A stretch of 11,814 nucleotides of DNA from Waddliaceae bacterium (lineage in GTDB: Bacteria; Chlamydiota; Chlamydiia; Chlamydiales; SLFE01), in NCBI GenBank assembly GCA_963783885.1, contig CAWAPJ010000045.1:1-11814 (forward strand), in the 5' to 3' direction. A program made the position numbers and the translations under genes. The first letter of the stretch is position 1; every line of letters starts with the position of its first letter. Below are positions 1 through 7,765 of the stretch, in pieces. Below the pieces are notes generated by a model. That model worked only from the letters and a program-made list of their open reading frames with translations. It was not told where the DNA came from and did no database searches.

Positions 1-1420
1 GAATCTTTTTTGTCTCGATCAGGTCTTTCAGCACATTGCCCGGGCCAACGCTGGGCAGCTGGTTGACGTCGCCAACAAGATCACTCTCGCGTGGTCAGGC
101 AGCGCTTTCAGCAGCTGATTCATCAAGACAGTGTCGATCATGCTCGCCTCGTCAACAATAATCAAATCGCACTTTAGCGGATTTTCCCGATTTCTTTTAA
201 AGCCCCCTTTTTTAAAATCGAACTCAAGTAAGCTGTGGATTGTGGAGGCTTTCCGTCCGGTAATCTCTGTCATCCGCTTCGCTGCCCTCCCTGTCGGAGC
301 GGCGAGCACAATATTTGATGTGAGTTTTCCGGTGATTCGCAAAACACAATTAGTGATCGTGCTTTTTCCCGTTCCCGGCCCGCCCGGTAATGATGTGGCA
401 TTTCTCCGAAACCGACTTTTTCACCGCAAGCGCCTGATGTTTTGCCAAGTGAATGCTTAGCTTTTCTTCTACCCAGTCTACCGCTTTGTCCGCGTTCACT
501 TCCCGCAAACGGGACGGAGCATACCGAAGACGCTTGAGCTCTTTGGCGATACCCAGCTCAGACATAAAAAGAGCTTTGAGCCAAACAAACACCCTGCGGC
601 CATCCTCCACAGGGACCTTCGCTAAACGTATGCGGTCTTCTTGCGCCAGACTCTCAACCCTAAGCGCAATCAAATCAGCATCGACCTCAAGGATTTCCCT
701 CGCCATCTCCGTCAGCTCGTCCAAAGGGTAGCAGACGTGGCCGTCCCCGCTCATTTCTGTCAAAACAAACTCAATGCCGGCATCCACACGCTTCGGCGAA
801 TCCTTCGCGATCCCCATTTTTTGGGCCACTTTATCCGCGCTCTTGAATCCTATGCCGATCATATCCCTGGCCAAAGCATACGGGTTCTCTTTGACCACCT
901 CGATACAGCCGCTGCCATAAGTCTTGTATATCTTTTGAGCGAAAGCGGGGCTGATATCCTGCGACTGCAAAAATATCATCACATCGCGGATCGACTTCTG
1001 CTCATCCCAGCACGACTTGATGAAATCTATCCGCTTATCGCCGATGCCGGGAATTGTCTTTAGTTTTTCCGGAGTTTGATCGATGACGCGAAGAGTCTCT
1101 TCGCCAAAAAAATTGACGATCCTTTCGGCATAAGCGGGACCAATTCCCTTGACAAGTCCCGAACCGAGATATTTCTTAATGCCGACAATATCCGAGGGAG
1201 CTTCCGGCTGGCAGAGGGCGACTGCAAACTGCCTGCCGTGCACCATGTGATTTTGCCACTCGCCCGAGACCCTGACAGTCTCTCCGGGCCTGACCGCAGC
1301 CATTGTCCCGACAATGCAGACCAGATCCCTCTGCCTCGGAGCCTTAAGCCAGGCGACGGTAAATCCGTTGTCGGGATTGTGAAACGTTATCCGTTCAATG
1401 TATCCGTAAAGCTCTTCCAT
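1..1420 (-). CDS. recD2: ATP-dependent RecD2-like DNA helicase (SF1B), 3'-partial and frameshifted twice as written
   Basis: N-terminus is RecD2-typical (G-x-IERITFHNPDNGFTV, YLGSGLVKGIGP, HhH-like IPGIG, ENPYALARDMIGIGFKSAD). Removing one C from CCC at 383-385 restores Walker A ITGGPGTGKST and joins the 28..342 ORF (LAAPTGRAAKRM, ASTIHSLL, Walker B IIVDEASM). Adding one base at ~77-79 restores VGDVNQLPSVGPGNVLKDLI, which runs off the window. Confidence 0.95.
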
Positions 1421-1432
1421 AGGTGAAAGAGC

Positions 1433-1461
1433 AGTCTAACCACTTCGGCCCTTTTTAACAA
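1433..1461 (-). promoter_or_regulatory. Putative sigma70/66 promoter for recD2
   Basis: Minus strand TTGTTA (1461-1456), 17-nt spacer, TAGACT (1438-1433), ending 12 nt before the recD2 ATG. Confidence 0.4.
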
Positions 1462-1468
1462 CAATTGC

Positions 1469-2359
1469 TCAATTGAGCAGATGCCTAAGGGAGCCTTCAA
1501 GAGAAGGATATTTGAACGCGAAACCTGTGCTCTGAAGCTTTTCAGGAATGATTTTTGCTCCTGTGAGCATCATCTCGTCGGCCATCTCTCCGAAAACCAA
1601 GCGGGCTAGCGGCGCCGGCATGGGCAACATTGCCGGCCGTCTCAAGACTTTGCCAAGAGTTTTTGCAAATTCCCGATTGGTCACCGGATTGGGAGCCGTC
1701 AGATTGACAGGACCGCGAAGAGACTCAGTCGTCAAACAGTGATAAATCGCTCTCACCTCATCTTCGATATCGATCCAGCTCATGTATTGATCACCCGAGC
1801 CGATTGTTCCACCAAGTCCCATTTTAAAAGGAGCCAGCATCCGTTTCAAAGCGCCTCCCTTAGAAGAGAGGACAATTCCGGTCCGAAGCAAAACAATGCG
1901 GATGTCTTCACCCATAAGCCCTTCGGTTGCCGATTCCCACTCTTGGCAAACATGGGCCAAGAATCCCTCGCCGGCGGGAGTCGACTCGGTCGCAGTTCCC
2001 TCCGGAACATTACCATAATAGCCGAGCGCAGAAGCGTTGAGCAAAACCTTGGGAGGGTGCTGGAGCTTTTTCAGAGTCTCGCAAAGAAACTTAGTTGACT
2101 TGACACGGCTGTTTAAGATCCTCTCTTTCTTTTTCTCGCTCCACCGGCTGCCTGCAATGTTTTCCCCCGCGAAATTCAGGGCCGCATCGAAACCTTCAAG
2201 CTCTTCGGTATCAATAGATCGGTTAACAGGATCCCAAAGGATTCCTCCCTTGGAAGTTTCCTTTCGTACAAGTGGAAGAACCTGATGACCGTTCGACTCT
2301 AAATACTTAGTAAGCGCCGAACCGATCAATCCCGATGAACCCGCAATCAAAATTTTCAT
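1469..2359 (-). CDS. TIGR01777 family NAD-dependent epimerase/oxidoreductase (YfcH/SDR39U1-like, DUF1731 C-terminus), 296 aa
   Basis: Rossmann start MKILIAGSSGLIG, then NFAGENIAGSRW, SRVKST, NASALGYYG, GFLAHVCQEWE, GLGGTIGSGDQYMSWIDIED, GPVNLTAPNPVTN, GFAFKYP. Start moved to the ATG at 2359, which has a GGGGAGG SD at 2373-2367. Confidence 0.95.
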   Translation of the reverse strand: MKILIAGSSGLIGSALTKYLESNGHQVLPLVRKETSKGGILWDPVNRSIDTEELEGFDAALNFAGENIAGSRWSEKKKERILNSRVKSTKFLCETLKKLQHPPKVLLNASALGYYGNVPEGTATESTPAGEGFLAHVCQEWESATEGLMGEDIRIVLLRTGIVLSSKGGALKRMLAPFKMGLGGTIGSGDQYMSWIDIEDEVRAIYHCLTTESLRGPVNLTAPNPVTNREFAKTLGKVLRRPAMLPMPAPLARLVFGEMADEMMLTGAKIIPEKLQSTGFAFKYPSLEGSLRHLLN

Positions 2360-2408
2360 TGATGTTCCTCCCCTGTATACTCCCAACAGTAAATTGAAAA
2401 GATTTTTT

Positions 2409-3257
2409 TTACCAGTCGATTTGAATCCAGTCTTCGGGTATCAGATCGGATGAGTCGATTTTCTTTTGTGAAAACCATTTCACTGGTGCGACAACGATTT
2501 TTTCGGGATTGGCATTGAGATAAGCGGCCCACCACGAAAAGGTGGAGTTGGATATGATATTGTCTTTGCAAAGACTCATCAGGTAAAAATCATGAAGATA
2601 ATCCTGCCCTTCAATGTAGATAATATTTCTGTCCGATTGTCTTAAAACCATTTTGACCCACCAGATCTGATCGGAAAAAACCACAAACAGCGTATCCTCA
2701 TCGGGAAACTGCCCCATCGCTTTTGTTATGTAGTCGATTCCGCAGAAGTTCATGACCGAATGGCTGTTATGCTCGCCAAAATAAGTCCTGACATGCAGTG
2801 AGACTGTTTTCGGATATCCGATAATGTCCCCGTAGTCTCTCATAAGATCGTCGATGATATTTTGCGGCGCTTCGAAATACGGCTTAATTTTGTCAAAGTT
2901 ATGTTTGAAGTACTTCTCGCTTTGATAGAAACCGGCTATCTCCATATCGGGCACAAAAGGGATCGGATGATAGTTATGAGCCGGTTCTTGGTAATAATAT
3001 TGCACTTCACCTTCAGGACGGCTGCTTCGAAGCTTGTAAAAGATCTTCTTAGCATTATTGGGAATATTAAAATTATCCTGCTCGCTCAGATCGGGAAAAT
3101 AGGCTTCGGCTCCATTGTCTTGCGCAAGGCTTAAAGCCGCAGCGATCTCAAACATCTGATTTCCGAGCTGTCCTTTCAACTTTCCGATAACAAAAGGCTT
3201 AGGATCCTCGGCAAAGCATGCGGAAAAAACAAATAAAAACAAAAAATATCTCATCAT
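2409..3257 (-). CDS. Alpha-1,2-fucosyltransferase-like protein (GT11 family) with N-terminal signal peptide
   Basis: GT11 motifs GQLGNQMF, GFYQSEKYF, VSLHVR, FVVFSD, DFYLMSLCKDNIISNSTFSWWAAYLN, VVAPVKWF, DLIPEDWIQI. The start overlaps the photolyase stop (ATGA). Confidence 0.92.
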   Translation of the reverse strand: MMRYFLFLFVFSACFAEDPKPFVIGKLKGQLGNQMFEIAAALSLAQDNGAEAYFPDLSEQDNFNIPNNAKKIFYKLRSSRPEGEVQYYYQEPAHNYHPIPFVPDMEIAGFYQSEKYFKHNFDKIKPYFEAPQNIIDDLMRDYGDIIGYPKTVSLHVRTYFGEHNSHSVMNFCGIDYITKAMGQFPDEDTLFVVFSDQIWWVKMVLRQSDRNIIYIEGQDYLHDFYLMSLCKDNIISNSTFSWWAAYLNANPEKIVVAPVKWFSQKKIDSSDLIPEDWIQIDW

Positions 3258-4660
3258 AATTTTTTAAATGCCTCCAAAGCTCTCTCTCTTGCCTCATGAT
3301 GATCGACAATGGGGCCGGGATAATCTATACCTTTTAACACGTCTTCGGGCGCTTCCCATGGCCGGTGAATCCATTTATCCGAAATGTTTTTTAATTCCGG
3401 CACCCACTTTCTCACATAGTTTCCTTTAGGATCAAACTTTTCCCCTTGCTTGGCGGGATTAAAAATGCGGAAATAGGGCGCCGCGTCCGCACCGCATCCT
3501 CCAACCCATTGCCACCCTAAGGTATTATTCGCTAAATCCGCATCGACAAGGGTATCCCAAAACCACTTAGCCCCTTCCTTCCAGGTAATCAGAAGATCCT
3601 TCACCAAAAAAGACCCGACGATCATCCGAACCCTATTATGCATCCATCCCGTCTTCCAAAGCTGCCTCATCCCCGCATCCACAATGGGGTATCCCGTCAG
3701 GCCATGCTGCCACGCTTTCAACTCCTTTTGACTTTTTCTCCAGCTGAAATTGGTAAACTTTTTCTGCAGAGGCTGATCGGTTGTTTTTGGAAAATGAAAG
3801 AGAAGATGATGAGCGAACTCTCTCCAGCCGATCTCGCTTAGATAGCACCTCGGCCCCTCTTCTTTTCCCGAATATCTCTTGCGCGTTTCTTCCCAGATGA
3901 TTCTTGGAGAAATCTCGCCGAAATGGAGATGGGGAGAGAGTTTTGAAACCCCTTCAATCCCCGGATAATCCCGATTTTTTTTGTAATCGAGGATCTTACC
4001 CGCCAAAAAATCGAGAAGCCGCTTTCTCGCGGCCGGCTCCCCCGGCTTCCAGCCATCGTAAAACTTTTCATCCCAGTTGGCTGCGGGCAATAAACCGAGA
4101 TCCTCCAGCTTCACACTCGAACACTTAGGCGGCTTTTGCTTGGCCTTCGTTATTTTCGGCAAAGGAGAGGCAATAGCATTTTCCTTTAGGCAAGCTTTCC
4201 AAAAAGGGGTAAAGACCTGATAAGGCCTGCCCTCTTTATTTTTTATCTCCCATGGTTCGAATAATACATTGCCCCGAAAAGTTTCAACTTCTACCCCTTC
4301 CTTTTTAAGATTTGCCAAAGCGCGCGCATCCTCAGCGATCCCCGCTGGCTCATATCGGCGATTCCAGTAAACCGCATCGGCGCCTGTCTCCCCGATCATT
4401 TTTTTGAGCACCTTAAGAGGCGCTCCCATTTTCAGCACAAAGCAAAGCCCCCTCTCGCGGCAGTCTTTGCTAAAAGCATCCAGCGAGTGGTGAAGCCATG
4501 ACCGGCTTGCCGCTCCCGGACTCCATTTGCCGCCGGGACTCCAAATAAACACGGCGATCACAGGAGCGCCTAGGTCCACAGCCGCCCTCAAAGCCGGATT
4601 GTCGGCAAGGCGAAGATCATTGCGAAGCCAAACGATAGTAGGTTGCATATTTTTCGACAT
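3254..4660 (-). CDS. phrB: Deoxyribodipyrimidine photolyase (CPD photolyase, class III-like), ~468 aa
   Basis: IVWLRNDLRLADNPAL, VFTPFW, SKLSPHLHFGEISPR, EIGWREF, GLTGYPIVDAGMRQLWKTGWMHNRVRMIV, WFWDTLVDADLANN, GWQW, PYFRIFNP. True start is probably the ATG at 4660 (or 4648); the 4744 start would overlap fic. Confidence 0.96.
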   Translation of the reverse strand: MSKNMQPTIVWLRNDLRLADNPALRAAVDLGAPVIAVFIWSPGGKWSPGAASRSWLHHSLDAFSKDCRERGLCFVLKMGAPLKVLKKMIGETGADAVYWNRRYEPAGIAEDARALANLKKEGVEVETFRGNVLFEPWEIKNKEGRPYQVFTPFWKACLKENAIASPLPKITKAKQKPPKCSSVKLEDLGLLPAANWDEKFYDGWKPGEPAARKRLLDFLAGKILDYKKNRDYPGIEGVSKLSPHLHFGEISPRIIWEETRKRYSGKEEGPRCYLSEIGWREFAHHLLFHFPKTTDQPLQKKFTNFSWRKSQKELKAWQHGLTGYPIVDAGMRQLWKTGWMHNRVRMIVGSFLVKDLLITWKEGAKWFWDTLVDADLANNTLGWQWVGGCGADAAPYFRIFNPAKQGEKFDPKGNYVRKWVPELKNISDKWIHRPWEAPEDVLKGIDYPGPIVDHHEARERALEAFKKL

Positions 4661-4664
4661 AATT

Positions 4665-5765
4665 TTAACTATTTTTGACAATGTTAAGCCAATAACGGGT
4701 ATGGCGCAGCCGCCCTGTTTTAGTGAGAGCTCCTTTTTCAACAAGATCAGCTAAATCACGAGTCGCTGTCGCTCTTGACGCTTTTGTGATGGCGATATAA
4801 TTTTCTGCGCTAAGGCCTCCGGAAAACCCTTTCAGCCCTTCTGAAAACATTCTGAGGAGCGCTTTTTCTTGCCGCTCATTGATTTTGCCGGCCAAGTTGT
4901 TCATAACTTTTGATTTATCCATCAAGAAGTTGATGAGCATGAGAGATTCCTCCTGCGACTCGACGATCACTTCGGAAAAAAATGCCACCCATTTATTTGC
5001 ATCAAGTGTTTTATTGCAAGAGCCAAGAGCTGCATAGTAGTCTTTTTTTTGCCTTGTGATAACTTGTGAAATAGCGATTAATGTTGGCTGTCCCAAATTC
5101 TCGGAAAGAGCTTTTTCGACAAGCGCCCGTCCGATCCTGCCGTTGCCGTCCTCAAAAGGATGGATGCTTTCAAAATAAAGATGGGCAATTGCCGCTCTCG
5201 CAAGCAGTGATTCATTATTTTTTGACTTGTTAAACCAATCGATAAACCGAGTCATCTCTTTGCGGACAATCTTTGAGGGGGGAGCTTCAAAATAGATAGT
5301 TCGGCTGCCATACCTGTTTGAGACGATTTGCATAGGATCGTCATGAGTGCGGTATTTCCCTATATCCGTTGTCCTGGAGTCATTAGACATTAGCAATTTG
5401 TGCCATTCATACAGCATTTCATGGGTCAGGGTTTGATCGAATGTGTCGTACATTCTCCACATTAAATTGGCCATTCCCTGCTCTCTTGGAGGTATGCGCT
5501 TTTTTTCGGCAGAAAGGTCAAAATGACGCTGAATAGAGGACTGCAGGCTCTCCCGTTCCAAAATCTCTCCTTCGATTTCAGCGCTTTTTAATCCTTCTGT
5601 ACATAAGATCTCTACGATAAACTGCCGCTTATTTTCTTCATTGAGGTGCTTCAGAACAGCAAAGCCACCCCCTGCTCCCCGCAAGAATTTTTTCTCCAAG
5701 GGCATGATCGATTCTGCATCATAAATGAACTTTGGCCAGCCCGCCAGCTCCCAGTTCCAAACCAT
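4665..5765 (-). CDS. Fic family protein with DUF4172-type N-terminus and C-terminal winged HTH, 366 aa
   Basis: Canonical Fic motif HPFEDGNGRIGR (5127-5162). N-terminal WNWELAGWPKF is typical of DUF4172-Fic proteins. SAEIEG matches the (S/T)xxxE(G/N) inhibitory motif. C-terminal LSAENYIAITKASRATATRDLADLVEKGAL is HTH-like. GGAGG SD at 5782-5778. Confidence 0.95.
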   Translation of the reverse strand: MVWNWELAGWPKFIYDAESIMPLEKKFLRGAGGGFAVLKHLNEENKRQFIVEILCTEGLKSAEIEGEILERESLQSSIQRHFDLSAEKKRIPPREQGMANLMWRMYDTFDQTLTHEMLYEWHKLLMSNDSRTTDIGKYRTHDDPMQIVSNRYGSRTIYFEAPPSKIVRKEMTRFIDWFNKSKNNESLLARAAIAHLYFESIHPFEDGNGRIGRALVEKALSENLGQPTLIAISQVITRQKKDYYAALGSCNKTLDANKWVAFFSEVIVESQEESLMLINFLMDKSKVMNNLAGKINERQEKALLRMFSEGLKGFSGGLSAENYIAITKASRATATRDLADLVEKGALTKTGRLRHTRYWLNIVKNS

Positions 5766-5885
5766 GAGTAATAGAAACCTCCTCTATAACTCACATTTTA
5801 GCTTTTTTTGATTTATAGATCAACTGGCATGAGATGTAGAAGACTGTTCTATAGCTCATAAATCACTATAGATATGAGTTATAGG
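5764..5885. repeat. Array of six 12-bp motifs (consensus ATGAGTTATAGA) forming two 12-7-12 palindromes plus two half-sites; candidate operators
   Basis: ATGAGTAATAGA 5764-5775(+), GTGAGTTATAGA 5783-5794(-), TTGATTTATAGA 5808-5819(+), ATGAGATGTAGA 5829-5840(+), ATGAGCTATAGA 5848-5859(-), ATGAGTTATAGG 5874-5885(+). Confidence 0.85.
5795..5823 (-). promoter_or_regulatory. Putative sigma70/66 promoter of fic
   Basis: Minus strand TTGATC (5823-5818), 17-nt spacer, TAAAAT (5800-5795), about 30 nt upstream of the fic ATG. Confidence 0.7.
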
Positions 5886-5930
5886 ATCAAATTTTTTGCT
5901 TCAAAAGTAAAAAAAGCTCATTTTAGAACG

Positions 5931-5959
5931 TTGCATCTTTTTGCCCTCTGATGTACAAT
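5931..5959 (+). promoter_or_regulatory. Putative sigma70/66 promoter of gatCAB
   Basis: TTGCAT (5931-5936), 17-nt spacer, TACAAT (5954-5959), 25 nt before the gatC ATG. Confidence 0.7.
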
Positions 5960-5984
5960 TTCCATTATTTTAAAAGAGACTTGT

Positions 5985-6287
5985 ATGGCGAATATAGATC
6001 GAGAACTGATTAAAAAATTGTCCGAACTCTGCCGAATCGGCTGCAGCGATGAGGAAATTGATGCCCTCCTGACCGACATGAAAAAAATTGTCGGCTATTT
6101 CGAACAACTCGCCGAAATCGACACCGAAAACGCCGCCCCCTGCAATTCCGTCATCAAAGATATGGCCAACGTCATGCGGGAAGATGTAGCAGGCAAGACA
6201 ATGCCGCGGGAAACCTTCCTGTCCAACGCCCCCGAGCAGGTGAGCGGCCTGATCCGCGTTCCTCCCGTAATCAAAAAGAGAGAGTAA
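5985..6287 (+). CDS. gatC: Asp-tRNA(Asn)/Glu-tRNA(Gln) amidotransferase subunit C
   Basis: 100 aa; IKKLSELCRI, IVGYFEQLAEIDT, MRED, FLSNAPEQ, IRVPPVI; directly upstream of gatA. Confidence 0.96.
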   Translation: MANIDRELIKKLSELCRIGCSDEEIDALLTDMKKIVGYFEQLAEIDTENAAPCNSVIKDMANVMREDVAGKTMPRETFLSNAPEQVSGLIRVPPVIKKRE

Positions 6288-6293
6288 CATTCA

Positions 6294-7757
6294 ATGCTAC
6301 ACCAATTAACAGCGCGCGAGATCCGCGACAAATTCATTTCAGGCGAAATGTCCGCCCGGGAAATCGCCGCTTATTTTCTTAATCGTATCGAAAAATATAA
6401 CGACGACCTCGGCGCCTTCATTACGATTTTGCGCGAGCGGGCTGTAGAAAAAGCAAAAATTCTCGACGAAAAAAAAGCTCGGGGCGAGAAACTCGGCCGC
6501 CTCGCAGGCATTCCGATCGCCGTCAAAGACAATATCCATGTTGAAGGAGTCCTGTCGACATGCGCCTCGAATTTCTTAAGAAACTTCAAAGCTCCCTTTG
6601 CCGCGACCGTCACCGAGCTTCTGGAAGCCGAAGATGCCATCATTGTGGGTAAAACCAACCTCGACGAGTTCGCGATGGGATCCTCGAATGAAAATTCCGC
6701 GTTTTTCCCCGCGAAAAACCCCTGGAACCTCAAAAGCTCGCCCGGAGGATCTTCGGGAGGTTCGGCGGCAGCCGTCGCCGCGAGGCTTGTCCCTGTCGCT
6801 CTCGGTTCAGACACGGGAGGCTCCATCCGTCAGCCGGCTTCACTCTGCGGTATTGTCGGCTTTAAACCAACCTACGGAAGAGTTTCCCGATTCGGCCTTG
6901 TCGCTTTCGGCTCTTCCCTCGATCAGATCGGCCCCCTGGCAACCAATACCGAAGACGCGGCACTCATTATGGAAGTGATCGGCAGACATTGCCCCAAAGA
7001 TTCCACGAGCCTGCCGCTTGACCCCGAACCCTGCTTCGAAAAAACTGCGCAGTCTACAGACCTCAAAGGGATGAAAATCGGCATCCCCCGCCGCTTCCTC
7101 GAGCAGCTGGAGGGAAAGTCGCGCGAAATCTTCAATCAAGCTGAAAAGCAGCTCAATGAACTGGGAGCAGAGGCCGTCGACGTCAATCTGGACCTTCTCA
7201 AATACTCGATCGCCGTCTACTACATCCTCGCCACTGCCGAAGCCTCGACCAACCTCGCCCGCTTCGACGGGATTAAATACGGCATCAGGTCCCAAAAAGC
7301 CGCCACTCTCGATGAAGTCTACGACATTTCGAAGGATGAAGGATACGGTCCCGAGGTCAAAAGGCGTATCATGCTAGGGACCTTTGTTCTTTCCTCCGGC
7401 TATCAGGACGCCTATTATAAACAGGCGCAAAAAGTGCGCACGCTCATTATCGAGCAGTTTGAAGAAGCTTTCAAAAAATGCGATGTTATCGCCCTCCCCG
7501 TATCCCCGTCGGGAACTTTCGAGCTGGGCTCAATCAAAGATCCCCTCCAGATGTATCTGGAAGATATCTATACGATTGCCGCCAACCTCGCCGGAACTCC
7601 CGCCATCAGCATTCCCTGCGGATTTGTCGAGGAAAATAAGCCCTACGGCCTGCAGCTTATCGGCCCCCAAAAAGAAGATGTCCGCGTGTTTCAAACAGCT
7701 CACGCGTTTGAACAAAAAACCGATTTCCACAAAACTCAGCCGGAATTTGCCAAATAG
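6294..7757 (+). CDS. gatA: Asp-tRNA(Asn)/Glu-tRNA(Gln) amidotransferase subunit A
   Basis: Amidase signature [44 protein letters not shown]; GatA-specific [37 protein letters not shown]. Confidence 0.99.
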   Translation: MLHQLTAREIRDKFISGEMSAREIAAYFLNRIEKYNDDLGAFITILRERAVEKAKILDEKKARGEKLGRLAGIPIAVKDNIHVEGVLSTCASNFLRNFKAPFAATVTELLEAEDAIIVGKTNLDEFAMGSSNENSAFFPAKNPWNLKSSPGGSSGGSAAAVAARLVPVALGSDTGGSIRQPASLCGIVGFKPTYGRVSRFGLVAFGSSLDQIGPLATNTEDAALIMEVIGRHCPKDSTSLPLDPEPCFEKTAQSTDLKGMKIGIPRRFLEQLEGKSREIFNQAEKQLNELGAEAVDVNLDLLKYSIAVYYILATAEASTNLARFDGIKYGIRSQKAATLDEVYDISKDEGYGPEVKRRIMLGTFVLSSGYQDAYYKQAQKVRTLIIEQFEEAFKKCDVIALPVSPSGTFELGSIKDPLQMYLEDIYTIAANLAGTPAISIPCGFVEENKPYGLQLIGPQKEDVRVFQTAHAFEQKTDFHKTQPEFAK

Positions 7758-7765
7758 GAGATAGA

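Noticed and set aside
131..1426. Plus-strand and alternate-frame ORFs over recD2 (131-460, 453-731, 641-1063, 1076-1426, 1060-1314)
   Set aside because: Shadow ORFs of a well-supported gene; no motifs or ribosome-binding sites.
4661..4744. 28-aa N-terminal extension of the photolyase in the ORF track
   Set aside because: Overlaps the fic 3' end; family homology begins at PTIVWLRNDLR, so the ATG at 4660 or 4648 is preferred.
5764..5885. Reading the repeat array as a CRISPR array or as an mRNA hairpin blocking the fic RBS
   Set aside because: Units are 12 bp, alternate in orientation, lack 30-40-nt unique spacers and have no cas genes nearby. The predicted TSS (~5788) falls inside the upstream arm, so the full hairpin would not be transcribed from that promoter.
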